Source of the DNA: Minisyncoccota bacterium | GTDB lineage: Bacteria; Patescibacteriota; Minisyncoccia; Phycocordibacterales; XYD1-FULL-46-19 | Assembly: GCA_041665625.1 (NCBI GenBank) | Contig: JBAYIK010000001.1 | Coordinates: 68,587 to 132,586 of the forward strand | Length of the DNA: 64,000 bases | Reading direction: 5' to 3' | Part shown: positions 56,288 to 64,000 of the stretch, piece after piece | Layout of the letters: each line of letters begins with the position of its first letter | Position numbering within the stretch: the stretch's first letter is position 1 | Translations under genes and position numbers: made by a program | The notes under the pieces: model-generated | The model's database searches: none | The model's input: only the letters and a program-made list of their open reading frames with translations | Told to the model about the DNA's origin: nothing

Positions 56288-58159
56288 ATGACAAACAATT
56301 TATCCCTCAACAACAAACGTGAAATGGCTCTTGCCTATGCCGGCTTAGGTTGGAAAATCTTCCCTTGTCACAACACAGGTGGAAATAGGTGCTCTTGTGG
56401 CAACACCAATTGTGACAAACAAGGGAAACATCCAAGAACGCCAAACGGCTTTAAGGATGCGACGAGCGATCCTTTAATAATAACTGATTGGTGGACTAAG
56501 TGGCCAGAGGCCAATATTGCAGTAGCGACGGGCAAGGTATCGGGAATTTCTGTCGTCGATATCGATTGTGAAAAAGACGACACCGGACAAGTTACAAAAA
56601 TGGGGCTTAATGAGGGGCTACCTACAACCCTAATGGCCAGAAGTGGAGGACTTGGATGGCATTATTTTTATCAATATCAAGAGGGTCTAGCAAGTAAAAT
56701 TGGATTTAGAGAATTAGTCGATTTAAAATCCGATGGTGGATATATCATCTTGCCTCCGTCAGACCATAAGTCTGGTAATAAGTATGAATGGCACAGTGAT
56801 TTAGGCAAAAATCTAATAGCACCTTTCCCCGAAGAAATTTTGTTAGAACTTTCTCAATCTAAAGGAACCAGCCAACAATTACCAATTGTTACTACAAATA
56901 ATACCTCGACTGTTCCCTTTGAGATACCAGTGGGCACTCGAAACGGAGCCTTTGCTTCAATTGTCGGGAAACTTGTTAGCCACCTCCCTGTGACTGACTG
57001 GGAATCTTGGGCTAAACCCTTGATCTTTATGGCTAACTCTGGGAACAAAGAACCTTTGCCCGAGACAGAATTACAGAGTGTCTACTCGTCAATTACCCAA
57101 AGGGAGTTGGCAAAAAGAACCTCTTCTCCGACCAAGGGCAAAATTGAAGTACTTAGCGCTAAAGAGTTAGAAGATACAATCTTCCCTGAAGCAAACTGGG
57201 CAATCTATAGTTTTTTCGAGACAGGGACGGTAAACATGATCTCTGCGGAGCCCAATAACTACAAGAGTTGGGTGATGCTAGATGCCGCGGTTTCTCTCGC
57301 TTCCGGACGGCCGCTATTTGGCCAATTTAAGACTGAAAAACAGTCTGTCCTTATCGTTAATGAAGAGGATTATCACTCTCAGCTAAGGACAAGAATGATG
57401 ATGATTGATAAGAATTGGAGTCAGTTACCTATATACTTCGCTATCCAAAATGGGGTAAAACTAATTGATAGCGACATTGAGAAGATTATCAGTCTGGCCA
57501 AAGAAAAGGGGGTTGGTTTCATTATCTTTGATTCACTGCGAAGTCTTCACTCGGCCGAAGAAAACAGCTCGACAGAGATGCAAGCGGTCCTTGATCAGTT
57601 AAAAAAGGTCACTAAAGCTGGTTTTACCGTCCTATTTAGCCACCATAATCGTAAAAAGGGGATTTCTTCTTCTGATAATGGTAATGAATCACGCGGAAGC
57701 TCGGGGATAAACGCGGCCGTTCATGGCCACATAACCTGCGAACCGAAAGAGGAGGGAGGACAAACCTTTTTAATCATCTCTCAGCCAAAACTAAAGGGTG
57801 GTCCCAAGATGGATCCGTTTCGCGTGAGAATTGATCTAAGTAGCGATAAACCCTTCGTTTATGACGGAGTTTACAGCAAGGGGCTGACCAAAAACGAACT
57901 CGAGGAAGAAATAATCAAATTATTAGAATTCCACGAGGGGAAGGGACTAGATGTTGGCCACTTTTTAGCCGCAAATATTGCCGGGGATAGGAGGCTGAGA
58001 GAAACTCTCCGCACAATGTCAGGAGATCAGACGATTACCGCAATCCTCTGGAAAGATGTCCAAAAATCAGGGCTACCTGTGGCTAGTGAAGGGGTTAATC
58101 CCAATGAGAAGTTCTATTTTTTGCCGGATAGCTTAATAAATGATGATATTCCACCTTAA
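56288..58159 (+). CDS. bifunctional primase-polymerase (Prim-Pol) N-terminal domain fused to RecA-like/AAA_25-type domain with degenerate Walker A
   Basis: PrimPol N-terminal signature: GWKIFPC...GKHPRTPNGFKDATSD...ANIAVATG...SGISVVDID. C-terminal RecA-fold layout: FIIFDSLRSLHS Walker-B-like; AEPNNYKS in the Walker A position. Confidence 0.75.
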   Translation: MTNNLSLNNKREMALAYAGLGWKIFPCHNTGGNRCSCGNTNCDKQGKHPRTPNGFKDATSDPLIITDWWTKWPEANIAVATGKVSGISVVDIDCEKDDTGQVTKMGLNEGLPTTLMARSGGLGWHYFYQYQEGLASKIGFRELVDLKSDGGYIILPPSDHKSGNKYEWHSDLGKNLIAPFPEEILLELSQSKGTSQQLPIVTTNNTSTVPFEIPVGTRNGAFASIVGKLVSHLPVTDWESWAKPLIFMANSGNKEPLPETELQSVYSSITQRELAKRTSSPTKGKIEVLSAKELEDTIFPEANWAIYSFFETGTVNMISAEPNNYKSWVMLDAAVSLASGRPLFGQFKTEKQSVLIVNEEDYHSQLRTRMMMIDKNWSQLPIYFAIQNGVKLIDSDIEKIISLAKEKGVGFIIFDSLRSLHSAEENSSTEMQAVLDQLKKVTKAGFTVLFSHHNRKKGISSSDNGNESRGSSGINAAVHGHITCEPKEEGGQTFLIISQPKLKGGPKMDPFRVRIDLSSDKPFVYDGVYSKGLTKNELEEEIIKLLEFHEGKGLDVGHFLAANIAGDRRLRETLRTMSGDQTITAILWKDVQKSGLPVASEGVNPNEKFYFLPDSLINDDIPP

Positions 58160-58244
58160 ACCACGCCTGGCACCTAGCATAACCTAGAGGTTGTTGCCAG
58201 GTGCCAAGTAACTTATTAGGTAAATTAACTAACAAATAAAAAAT

Positions 58245-58838
58245 ATGAATGATTATAGTTTAGAGGTCAAGGAAGAAGAGCTTCTTAAAGAAAAAAGAAC
58301 TCTATGGGATACTCTTGTTAAAAGAGGAGAAGAAATTGGTGTTGAAGATGGGGCAAGAGAGATTGTTGTGGCTCTTAATGCCAATAACCTCCCAACGGCC
58401 TGGTCCTGTGGTGGACATGTTGATACCTCAATCGAGCAAACAGATGATTATTGGCAGAGAAACCCCTGGGTCTATTTTGAGTTATGTGAGCACCATACTT
58501 ACCCCTCAGAAGATTCCGAAGAGGGTCGGGCCTCGGCTGCTCTTTTTGAAGTCAGGAAGGGGATGACAACAGAGGTTCCTGAGCTTATTGAAGAATTTTA
58601 CAAAACAAGAACTCCACAAAATGGAGTTCGGTTAATGTTTTCTAAGGTGGGCGGATTGGATTACTTATATCGACTTGACGCGGTAAGTGATGGGCCAGAC
58701 ATTATAACGGAAGATTGTGACCTTTCTTGTCTGAATCAGAAACTTTTTTACCAACAAGAAGAGATGAGGGCTTTTGCAAAGTTCTTAGAAGATCGCTACT
58801 TATCCCCCTCTCGACCAATTAGTCATGAAAGGGGTTAA
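58245..58838 (+). CDS. acidic hypothetical protein
   Basis: 197-aa ORF, no motif. Confidence 0.45.
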   Translation: MNDYSLEVKEEELLKEKRTLWDTLVKRGEEIGVEDGAREIVVALNANNLPTAWSCGGHVDTSIEQTDDYWQRNPWVYFELCEHHTYPSEDSEEGRASAALFEVRKGMTTEVPELIEEFYKTRTPQNGVRLMFSKVGGLDYLYRLDAVSDGPDIITEDCDLSCLNQKLFYQQEEMRAFAKFLEDRYLSPSRPISHERG

Positions 58839-59072
58839 ATTAGTGGTTAAATTAACTTGATGTTAAAATGAAGAAACTACACGAAGACGATGACAAAATA
58901 GTTAATATTGTGTCCAGCGAAGGGCAACGAGGGTCTTTGTGTAGTAACAAGATGTCTTCTCGTTGCCCTTCTTTGGATTATGAAGATATTGGCGCATCTG
59001 GCTCAGTTAGCGACGCTTACGATATTCTTTTTAATAAAACGGTCGAAGTTATAAATAATAGGAAAATATTAT

Positions 59073-60767
59073 ATGAATCTTATCGCAATTTACGGAAGAG
59101 TATCCACATCGAGACAGGAAAATGAGGATACTGTTGAGAATCAACTACACTCAATAAAGGAATTTGCCGACAAAAAATATCTAACGGATGGTGGTTATCA
59201 AATCATTCGCGAATATACTGATGAAGGGTGGAGTGGTGATTCATTGATTCGCCCAGGGCTTGATAACTTGCGCCAAGATGCCAGGAAGAAAATCTGGGAC
59301 ACAGTTATTATCTATGACCCTGATCGCCTAGCTCGACGCTATTCATACCAAGAACTAGTTATTGATGAACTCAAGGAGGCAGGCGTTGAAGTCTTGTTTG
59401 TTACGATAAAATTACCAGAGAATGATGATGACAAGATTCTTTATGGTGTGCGAGGCTTATTTTCTCAATATGAGAGGGCAAAAATCGCCGAAAGGTTTAG
59501 ACAAGGGAAACTTCGCAAAGTAAGAGAAGGCCATATTTTGGTTAGCGAAGCTCTTTATGGCTATCGTTATGTTCCCAAGGTTGAGGCCCCTGGCTCCGCG
59601 AGAATCCATGGCTACTATGAGATTGATCCCGAAGAGTCAGAGGTGGTAATAAAGATTTTTGATTGGGTGGTAAAGGATAAACTAACCCTTAGAACTATCG
59701 TTAAAAAATTACAAGAAGAAGGAATCAAGCCTCGCAAAAGTATTCGTGGAGTCTGGGCAACAAGCACACTAACAACAATGTTAAGGCACGAGGGCTATAT
59801 TGGTAAGGCTCATTGGGGTAGCTCTTATGCGGTGATACCAGAAAATCCAACCAAAAAAGAAAAATATCGACGTATCAAAAAGAGTAGCCGTCGGGCAAAA
59901 CTAAAAAGTGACTGGTTTATAATAGCCATTCCCCCGATTATCTCCGAAGATACTTTCTTTAGAGCTCGTCATCAATTAGAGATTAACTATAAGATGCACC
60001 CACGCAACAGAAAGAACGACTATCTCTTAGCAGGGATGATTAGGTGTACTTGTGGGAGGTCAAGAGCAGGAGAAGGACCTAAACAAGGAACACATCTATA
60101 CTATCGTTGCAGTGATCGAGTCAGTTCCTACCCTTTACCCCGAACCTGCCACAAAAATGGCTTAAACGCGAGGATTGCAGATCAATTAGTTTGGGACAAA
60201 TTAACAGGTTTAATGGCGTCTCGATCACTAATTACCAAAGAAATTGAGCGCTGGAGTAAAGAAGAGGATGGGCCTAGGGATGTAGTCGATATTAAAGCTG
60301 TCCAGAAGGAATTAAGTAAGTTAAAGAAGGAAGAGGACCGTTACAACCGAGCTTATGCTGAAGGAATCTTTTCAATGGAGAAGTTAAAAGAGTATCTTGA
60401 GCCAGTTAGGGCAAAGATGGCTAAGCTTGAGTCTTCTCTAAGAGAAACAGGAAGAAAGCCACAAGGGAGAAATGAGCTTTTATCAGTGTTATCAGAGAGG
60501 GTTAATGTCGCTTTAGAGGCACCTCTGGTTTTGGCGGAGAATTTGGATTTTGCCACAAAACGTGAGATTATAACTAGGACCATTGATCAAGTTGTGGGCG
60601 ATCAGGAGGAAATAAAGGTTACTGGCCACATTCCACTACAAACTAATGTCGAAGATTATTCAACTAACAATAAAGGGGTATTAAGCCTTATTCAAACAAA
60701 TGTCGAGTTCTGCACTAACGATTGGAATTGTCGGGCTACCAAACGTCGGGAAATCGACGCTTTTTAA
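59073..60767 (+). CDS. large serine recombinase (integrase)
   Basis: Resolvase catalytic domain with nucleophile Ser (IAIYGRVSTSRQ), recombinase domain, Cys4 zinc ribbon (CTCGRS...YYRCSDR), coiled coil; 564 aa. Confidence 0.9.
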   Translation: MNLIAIYGRVSTSRQENEDTVENQLHSIKEFADKKYLTDGGYQIIREYTDEGWSGDSLIRPGLDNLRQDARKKIWDTVIIYDPDRLARRYSYQELVIDELKEAGVEVLFVTIKLPENDDDKILYGVRGLFSQYERAKIAERFRQGKLRKVREGHILVSEALYGYRYVPKVEAPGSARIHGYYEIDPEESEVVIKIFDWVVKDKLTLRTIVKKLQEEGIKPRKSIRGVWATSTLTTMLRHEGYIGKAHWGSSYAVIPENPTKKEKYRRIKKSSRRAKLKSDWFIIAIPPIISEDTFFRARHQLEINYKMHPRNRKNDYLLAGMIRCTCGRSRAGEGPKQGTHLYYRCSDRVSSYPLPRTCHKNGLNARIADQLVWDKLTGLMASRSLITKEIERWSKEEDGPRDVVDIKAVQKELSKLKKEEDRYNRAYAEGIFSMEKLKEYLEPVRAKMAKLESSLRETGRKPQGRNELLSVLSERVNVALEAPLVLAENLDFATKREIITRTIDQVVGDQEEIKVTGHIPLQTNVEDYSTNNKGVLSLIQTNVEFCTNDWNCRATKRREIDAF

Positions 60768-61788
60768 TGCGTTGACTCAGAAGGGGGTGCCGGCTGAGAA
60801 TTACCCATTCTGCACCATTGATCCAGCCGTGGGCATTGTTGCTGTACCAGACGAGAGGGTAGATATTCTCGCTGAGTTCTCTAAGTCAGCTAAAAAAATC
60901 CCCGCAGCGATTGAATTCGTGGACATTGCCGGTTTGGTTAAAGGTGCCTCCGAAGGCGAAGGCTTGGGCAATAAATTCCTTGCTCATATTCGCGAAGTTG
61001 ATGCTATTGCTGAGGTGGTACGTATCTATGAAGATTCTAATATCACGCATGTTTCTAACAAGATTGACCCGATTGATGATATTGAGACTATTAATCTCGA
61101 GTTAATTCTCGCTGACCTACAAACGGTAACCAAAAGAATCAACAACATCGCCCGCGAAGTTAAGCGTGGCGATAAAGCCGAAGTGGCCGAGAACGCGGTC
61201 TTGCAAGACATTAAAAAAATTCTTGAGTCTGGCCAGATGATAAATAATTTTGAGAATACTAAAGAATGGTGGTCAGCTGTCTGGCAATTGAATTTGCTGT
61301 CCTCCAAACCAATTCTTTATGTCTTAAATAAGAAAAATGGAGCTAAAGCAGTAGATACTGCCCCGGTTGAAGAATATTTGAAAAAACTAAAAGCTTGTTA
61401 CGTGATAGTTGATGCCAAAATAGAAGGGGAGTTGTCCGAACTAGAAAAGGATGACAAAGAAGTCTTCAAAAAAGAATTGGGTGTCGAAGATGACGGTATT
61501 AATGACTTGATTAAAGAAAGTTATAAGCTACTTGGCCTAATGACTTATCTCACGACTGGCGAAGATGAGACAAGAGCCTGGACAGTCAAACAGGGTTCAA
61601 CGGCACCTGAAGCGGGGATGGCTATTCACACAGACTTCAAAGAGAAGTTCATTCGGGCTGAAGTGATCAATTGGCAAGACCTCCTCAAGGCCGGTTCTTA
61701 TGGCAAAGCTCGTGAGCAAGGCCTTGTTCGCACCGAAGGCAAAGAGTACATAGTCAAAGACGGCGACGTGATTGAGTTTAAGATTTAA
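60700..61788 (+). CDS. ychF: ribosome-binding ATPase YchF
   Basis: GIVGLPNVGKSTLFNALT Walker A, FCTIDP, TGS C-terminal domain (GDVIEF); start overlaps the integrase 3' end. Confidence 0.9.
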   Translation: MSSSALTIGIVGLPNVGKSTLFNALTQKGVPAENYPFCTIDPAVGIVAVPDERVDILAEFSKSAKKIPAAIEFVDIAGLVKGASEGEGLGNKFLAHIREVDAIAEVVRIYEDSNITHVSNKIDPIDDIETINLELILADLQTVTKRINNIAREVKRGDKAEVAENAVLQDIKKILESGQMINNFENTKEWWSAVWQLNLLSSKPILYVLNKKNGAKAVDTAPVEEYLKKLKACYVIVDAKIEGELSELEKDDKEVFKKELGVEDDGINDLIKESYKLLGLMTYLTTGEDETRAWTVKQGSTAPEAGMAIHTDFKEKFIRAEVINWQDLLKAGSYGKAREQGLVRTEGKEYIVKDGDVIEFKI

Positions 61789-61791
61789 GTT

Positions 61792-62328
61792 ATGATTATC
61801 AAGAATATTATCCAGCTAGGGAATCCTATACTAAGCAAGAAATCTAAACCCGTTACTGATCTAAAAAGTAAGGAAACACAACGAGTTATCAAGAATCTTA
61901 TTGATTCAGTGCGTTATCATAACTTGATAGGGATGGCGGCATCGCAAATTGGCGAGAAACTAGCAATTTTTGTCACCGAAGTGAGGCCAACAAAATATCG
62001 CAACCTTAAGAAAGATATTCTACGGGTTTATATTAATCCAAAGATAACTTGGTCATCAAAAAAAGAGGTAACCATTTATGAAGGCTGTGGTAGTGTCGCC
62101 AATGCGAATTTCTTTGCCCCAGTCAGACGTCCAGAAAAAATAATTATTGAGGCTCTAGATGAGAAGGGGAATAAATTCAAACTTGAAGCCGGGGAGATGC
62201 TTGGTCGCGTTATCCAGCACGAATATGATCACTTGAAGGGGATTGAGTTTACCGAGAAAATAACAGACATCAGATTGGCCATGAGCGGGGAGGAATATAA
62301 GAAGAAAATGGGTTTAAAAGATAAATAA
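61792..62328 (+). CDS. def: peptide deformylase
   Basis: YEGCGSV (EGCLS-type) and QHEYDHLKG (HExxH) metal-binding motifs. Confidence 0.9.
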   Translation: MIIKNIIQLGNPILSKKSKPVTDLKSKETQRVIKNLIDSVRYHNLIGMAASQIGEKLAIFVTEVRPTKYRNLKKDILRVYINPKITWSSKKEVTIYEGCGSVANANFFAPVRRPEKIIIEALDEKGNKFKLEAGEMLGRVIQHEYDHLKGIEFTEKITDIRLAMSGEEYKKKMGLKDK

Positions 62329-62335
62329 TAACTAA

Positions 62336-62932
62336 ATGGTAGACGAGAAAGTTGAACAATTTTTGCGGGATACAATTATCCCCGACCTTGAGAAAGGCCG
62401 GCATAATTTTGATGCACCACATACACTTGAGGTTGTCAGTTGGATTAAAAAGATTATGGCTGAGCACCCGGAGCTCAACTTAGACCAAGATACTCTTATT
62501 ATCGCAGCTTATGCCCACGATTGGGGCTATTCGGGCCTCTTTGAGGGCAAGGACAGACTAAATTCAGCCGAAGTTACCAGTATGAAGCCTCTCCATATGG
62601 AAATTGGGGCCAAGAAGACAAAAGATTTGCTTAAAAATGATATTTTCTCTTTCTTAACAGACAAACAGAAGGAAAGAATTGTTCACTTGGTCTTTATGCA
62701 TGACAAAATTCACGATCTCACAGATACTGACGAGTTGGTCTTGGCCGAAGCGGACATCTTAAGTGGGCTTGATGTGGCAAGCCTTAAGCCAACCTTCGAC
62801 CACGAATCGAATGTGAAATTTATGGAGTCCGTCGCCCGCCGAAGAATTCCGCGCTTCATTACTGATTTTAGTAAAAAAGAAGTCGAGAGATTGTTCAAGT
62901 TAAGATTAGAGTATTATAAAAAGAATACTTAA
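62336..62932 (+). CDS. HD-domain phosphohydrolase
   Basis: AAYAHDWGY (HD dyad) and downstream His/Asp; 198 aa. Confidence 0.6.
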   Translation: MVDEKVEQFLRDTIIPDLEKGRHNFDAPHTLEVVSWIKKIMAEHPELNLDQDTLIIAAYAHDWGYSGLFEGKDRLNSAEVTSMKPLHMEIGAKKTKDLLKNDIFSFLTDKQKERIVHLVFMHDKIHDLTDTDELVLAEADILSGLDVASLKPTFDHESNVKFMESVARRRIPRFITDFSKKEVERLFKLRLEYYKKNT

Positions 62933-62940
62933 ATAAAATT

Positions 62941-63579
62941 ATGTCCAAAATTAAATTAGCGATCTTTGATGTTGACGGGGTCGTCATAGACTCATTTTCT
63001 GGGATTGTCGCTGCCACCAACAAGACTCTTAAGCGCTTTGGTGGGCAAGAAATAAGTGAAGAGGAATTTAGAAATACCCAGATTGGTTCCTACGAGCTCT
63101 TTATGTTCTCGCGCGGGATCCCGGCCACTGTTAATTGGCAAGAAATTTCTGATGATTTAGACGGACACCTGAATGAACCCGAAATTTATAAGGAAAGACC
63201 GGGGATAAGAGCGGTTTTTGATTTTCTCAAAGAGAAGGGGATTGCGATATATCTAGTCAGTGCTGTTAATAAAAGAGTCACGACCAACAAGATCAATTAT
63301 CAAGAAGGTCTGGCTGATTATATTACTGATACTTTTGGTGGCGAAGAAAAAGGGGAGATAATTGGGAAACTTCTGACCGATTTGAATATCTCACCGGCTG
63401 AAGCCCTTTTTGTCAGCGATATGGAGAGAGACTTTATTCATGTTAATCCGCTTGGCCTCGCCCATAATATTGCTATAGTTAGTCAATTCTCAGCCGTCGA
63501 GAGACTTCGACCCGAAGCTGACCACCTCGTTTTTGACCACCAAGAGCTGCTCTCTCTGTTGCAAAATATATTGACATAA
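62941..63579 (+). CDS. HAD-superfamily hydrolase (phosphatase)
   Basis: Motif I LAIFDVDGVVIDS, motif II-like YLVSAV, C-terminal LFVSDMERD. Confidence 0.75.
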   Translation: MSKIKLAIFDVDGVVIDSFSGIVAATNKTLKRFGGQEISEEEFRNTQIGSYELFMFSRGIPATVNWQEISDDLDGHLNEPEIYKERPGIRAVFDFLKEKGIAIYLVSAVNKRVTTNKINYQEGLADYITDTFGGEEKGEIIGKLLTDLNISPAEALFVSDMERDFIHVNPLGLAHNIAIVSQFSAVERLRPEADHLVFDHQELLSLLQNILT

Positions 63580-63638
63580 AAGGCAAAAGTTTGTATAACA
63601 ACAAAGGAATCCAAACCTGAACAGAAGGAGTCTACGCC

Positions 63639-63812
63639 ATGGACAGTATCGAAGCCGTTTTGGTGAAAACCACACAGGAGAACGGGAAGTATGTGGCCTA
63701 TCTGGAGGAGAATCCCGAAGTTCGCGGCGAAGGCGACTGCCTCGACGCGGCGCTCGGGAACCTTGTCCGGAACAACCCGGAGGCCTGCAAGTTCATAATC
63801 AGCGAGGAATAG
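63639..63812 (+). CDS. small HicB-like (UPF0150) protein, orphan, in GC-rich islet; not in ORF track
   Basis: AAGGAG 8 nt upstream of ATG 63639; 57 aa MDSIEAVLVKTTQENGKYVAYLEENPEVRGEGDCLDAALGNLVRNNPEACKFIISEE resembles the HicB N-terminal pattern (yvA..pe.pG....GdT.dEAl.nl); ~60% GC. Confidence 0.4.
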   Translation: MDSIEAVLVKTTQENGKYVAYLEENPEVRGEGDCLDAALGNLVRNNPEACKFIISEE

Positions 63813-63833
63813 GGAGACTCTGCTCAATCCCTG

Positions 63834-63885
63834 ACCTCGCCCACCCCGTCACCATGCGCAAGCGAGGTGACGGGGTTCAATTTTG
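63834..63885 (+). terminator. hairpin terminator
   Basis: ccccgtcacc-atgcgcaagcga-ggtgacgggg perfect 10-bp stem then ttcaatttt. Confidence 0.6.
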
Positions 63886-64000
63886 AACTAAAAACTGGTT
63901 TTTGGTATAATTACTCTATGAAAAATTTTATCTCTAAAGCTAAAAAATATAGCTTATTTATTATTGTCATTATTATCGTTGCCGTTATTGCCTATTATTT

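Larger units (their letters stand above)
43640..60770 (+). mobile_element. putative integrative element (~17 kb) carrying a defence operon and primase-polymerase, ending with a large serine recombinase overlapping ychF; left boundary uncertain
   Basis: Serine integrase (59073..60767), PrimPol/RecA-like replication protein (56288..58159), S49 peptidase and R-M/defence genes are clustered. The integrase 3' end overlaps the ychF start by 68 nt. No flanking direct repeat identified by eye. Confidence 0.4.

Noticed and set aside
58868-59125. 85-aa ORF overlapping the start of the serine integrase gene
   Set aside because: Overlaps the integrase N-terminus in another frame; no RBS or motif; kept out of the feature list
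60690-60780. Short inverted repeat cgtcg-ggaaat-cgacg as attachment core
   Set aside because: Lies within the conserved YchF P-loop coding sequence (GKSTLF); too short to call an att site without a comparator genome
63483-63827. 114-aa minus-strand ORF
   Set aside because: Antisense to the HAD hydrolase 3' end and to the RBS-supported HicB-like mini-gene; GC-rich artefact

Overview
This is an AT-rich (~40% GC) bacterial chromosomal segment. Its gene content is consistent with a small-genome Patescibacteria/CPR-like organism, but that assignment is an inference from gene content only. Recognisable core genes: uvrA and a short uvrC; two sensor-kinase/REC-only regulator pairs, one followed directly by ddl; cell-surface HYR/Ig-repeat proteins; mscL; two tRNA-Ala; an ABC-2 exporter; archaeal-type proS, lysS and an asnA-like class-II paralog; a methyltransferase; ldcA; def; ychF; and HD and HAD hydrolases. 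Three things stand out. (1) Several GC-rich (~55-58%) gene islets sit inside AT-rich, consensus sigma70-like promoters and strong hairpin terminators, two of them directly beside tRNA-Ala genes. They are at 11.5-13.0 kb, 14.2-16.4 kb, 25.2-28.9 kb, 39.6-40.3 kb and 63.6-63.9 kb. (2) A probable ~17 kb integrative element spans ~43.6-60.8 kb. It ends with a large serine recombinase whose 3' end overlaps the ychF start and carries a primase-polymerase/RecA-like replication gene. (3) Inside that element is a 9 kb co-directional, tightly packed seven-gene operon: a PUA(EVE)-like + PD-(D/E)xK putative modification-dependent nuclease, hsdR, a fused hsdM-hsdS, and a four-gene module. The module comprises a SMODS/Pol-beta-like nucleotidyltransferase, a PD-(D/E)xK-like protein, a HEPN-like protein and an RNase HI fusion. 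I do not recognise this module as any described defence system, and it is my top candidate for a novel system. Other items worth a second look: an A8 homopolymer frameshift in a surface-protein gene, a 28-bp direct repeat, two candidate structured RNAs, and tandem paralogous genes with duplicated promoter/leader modules.
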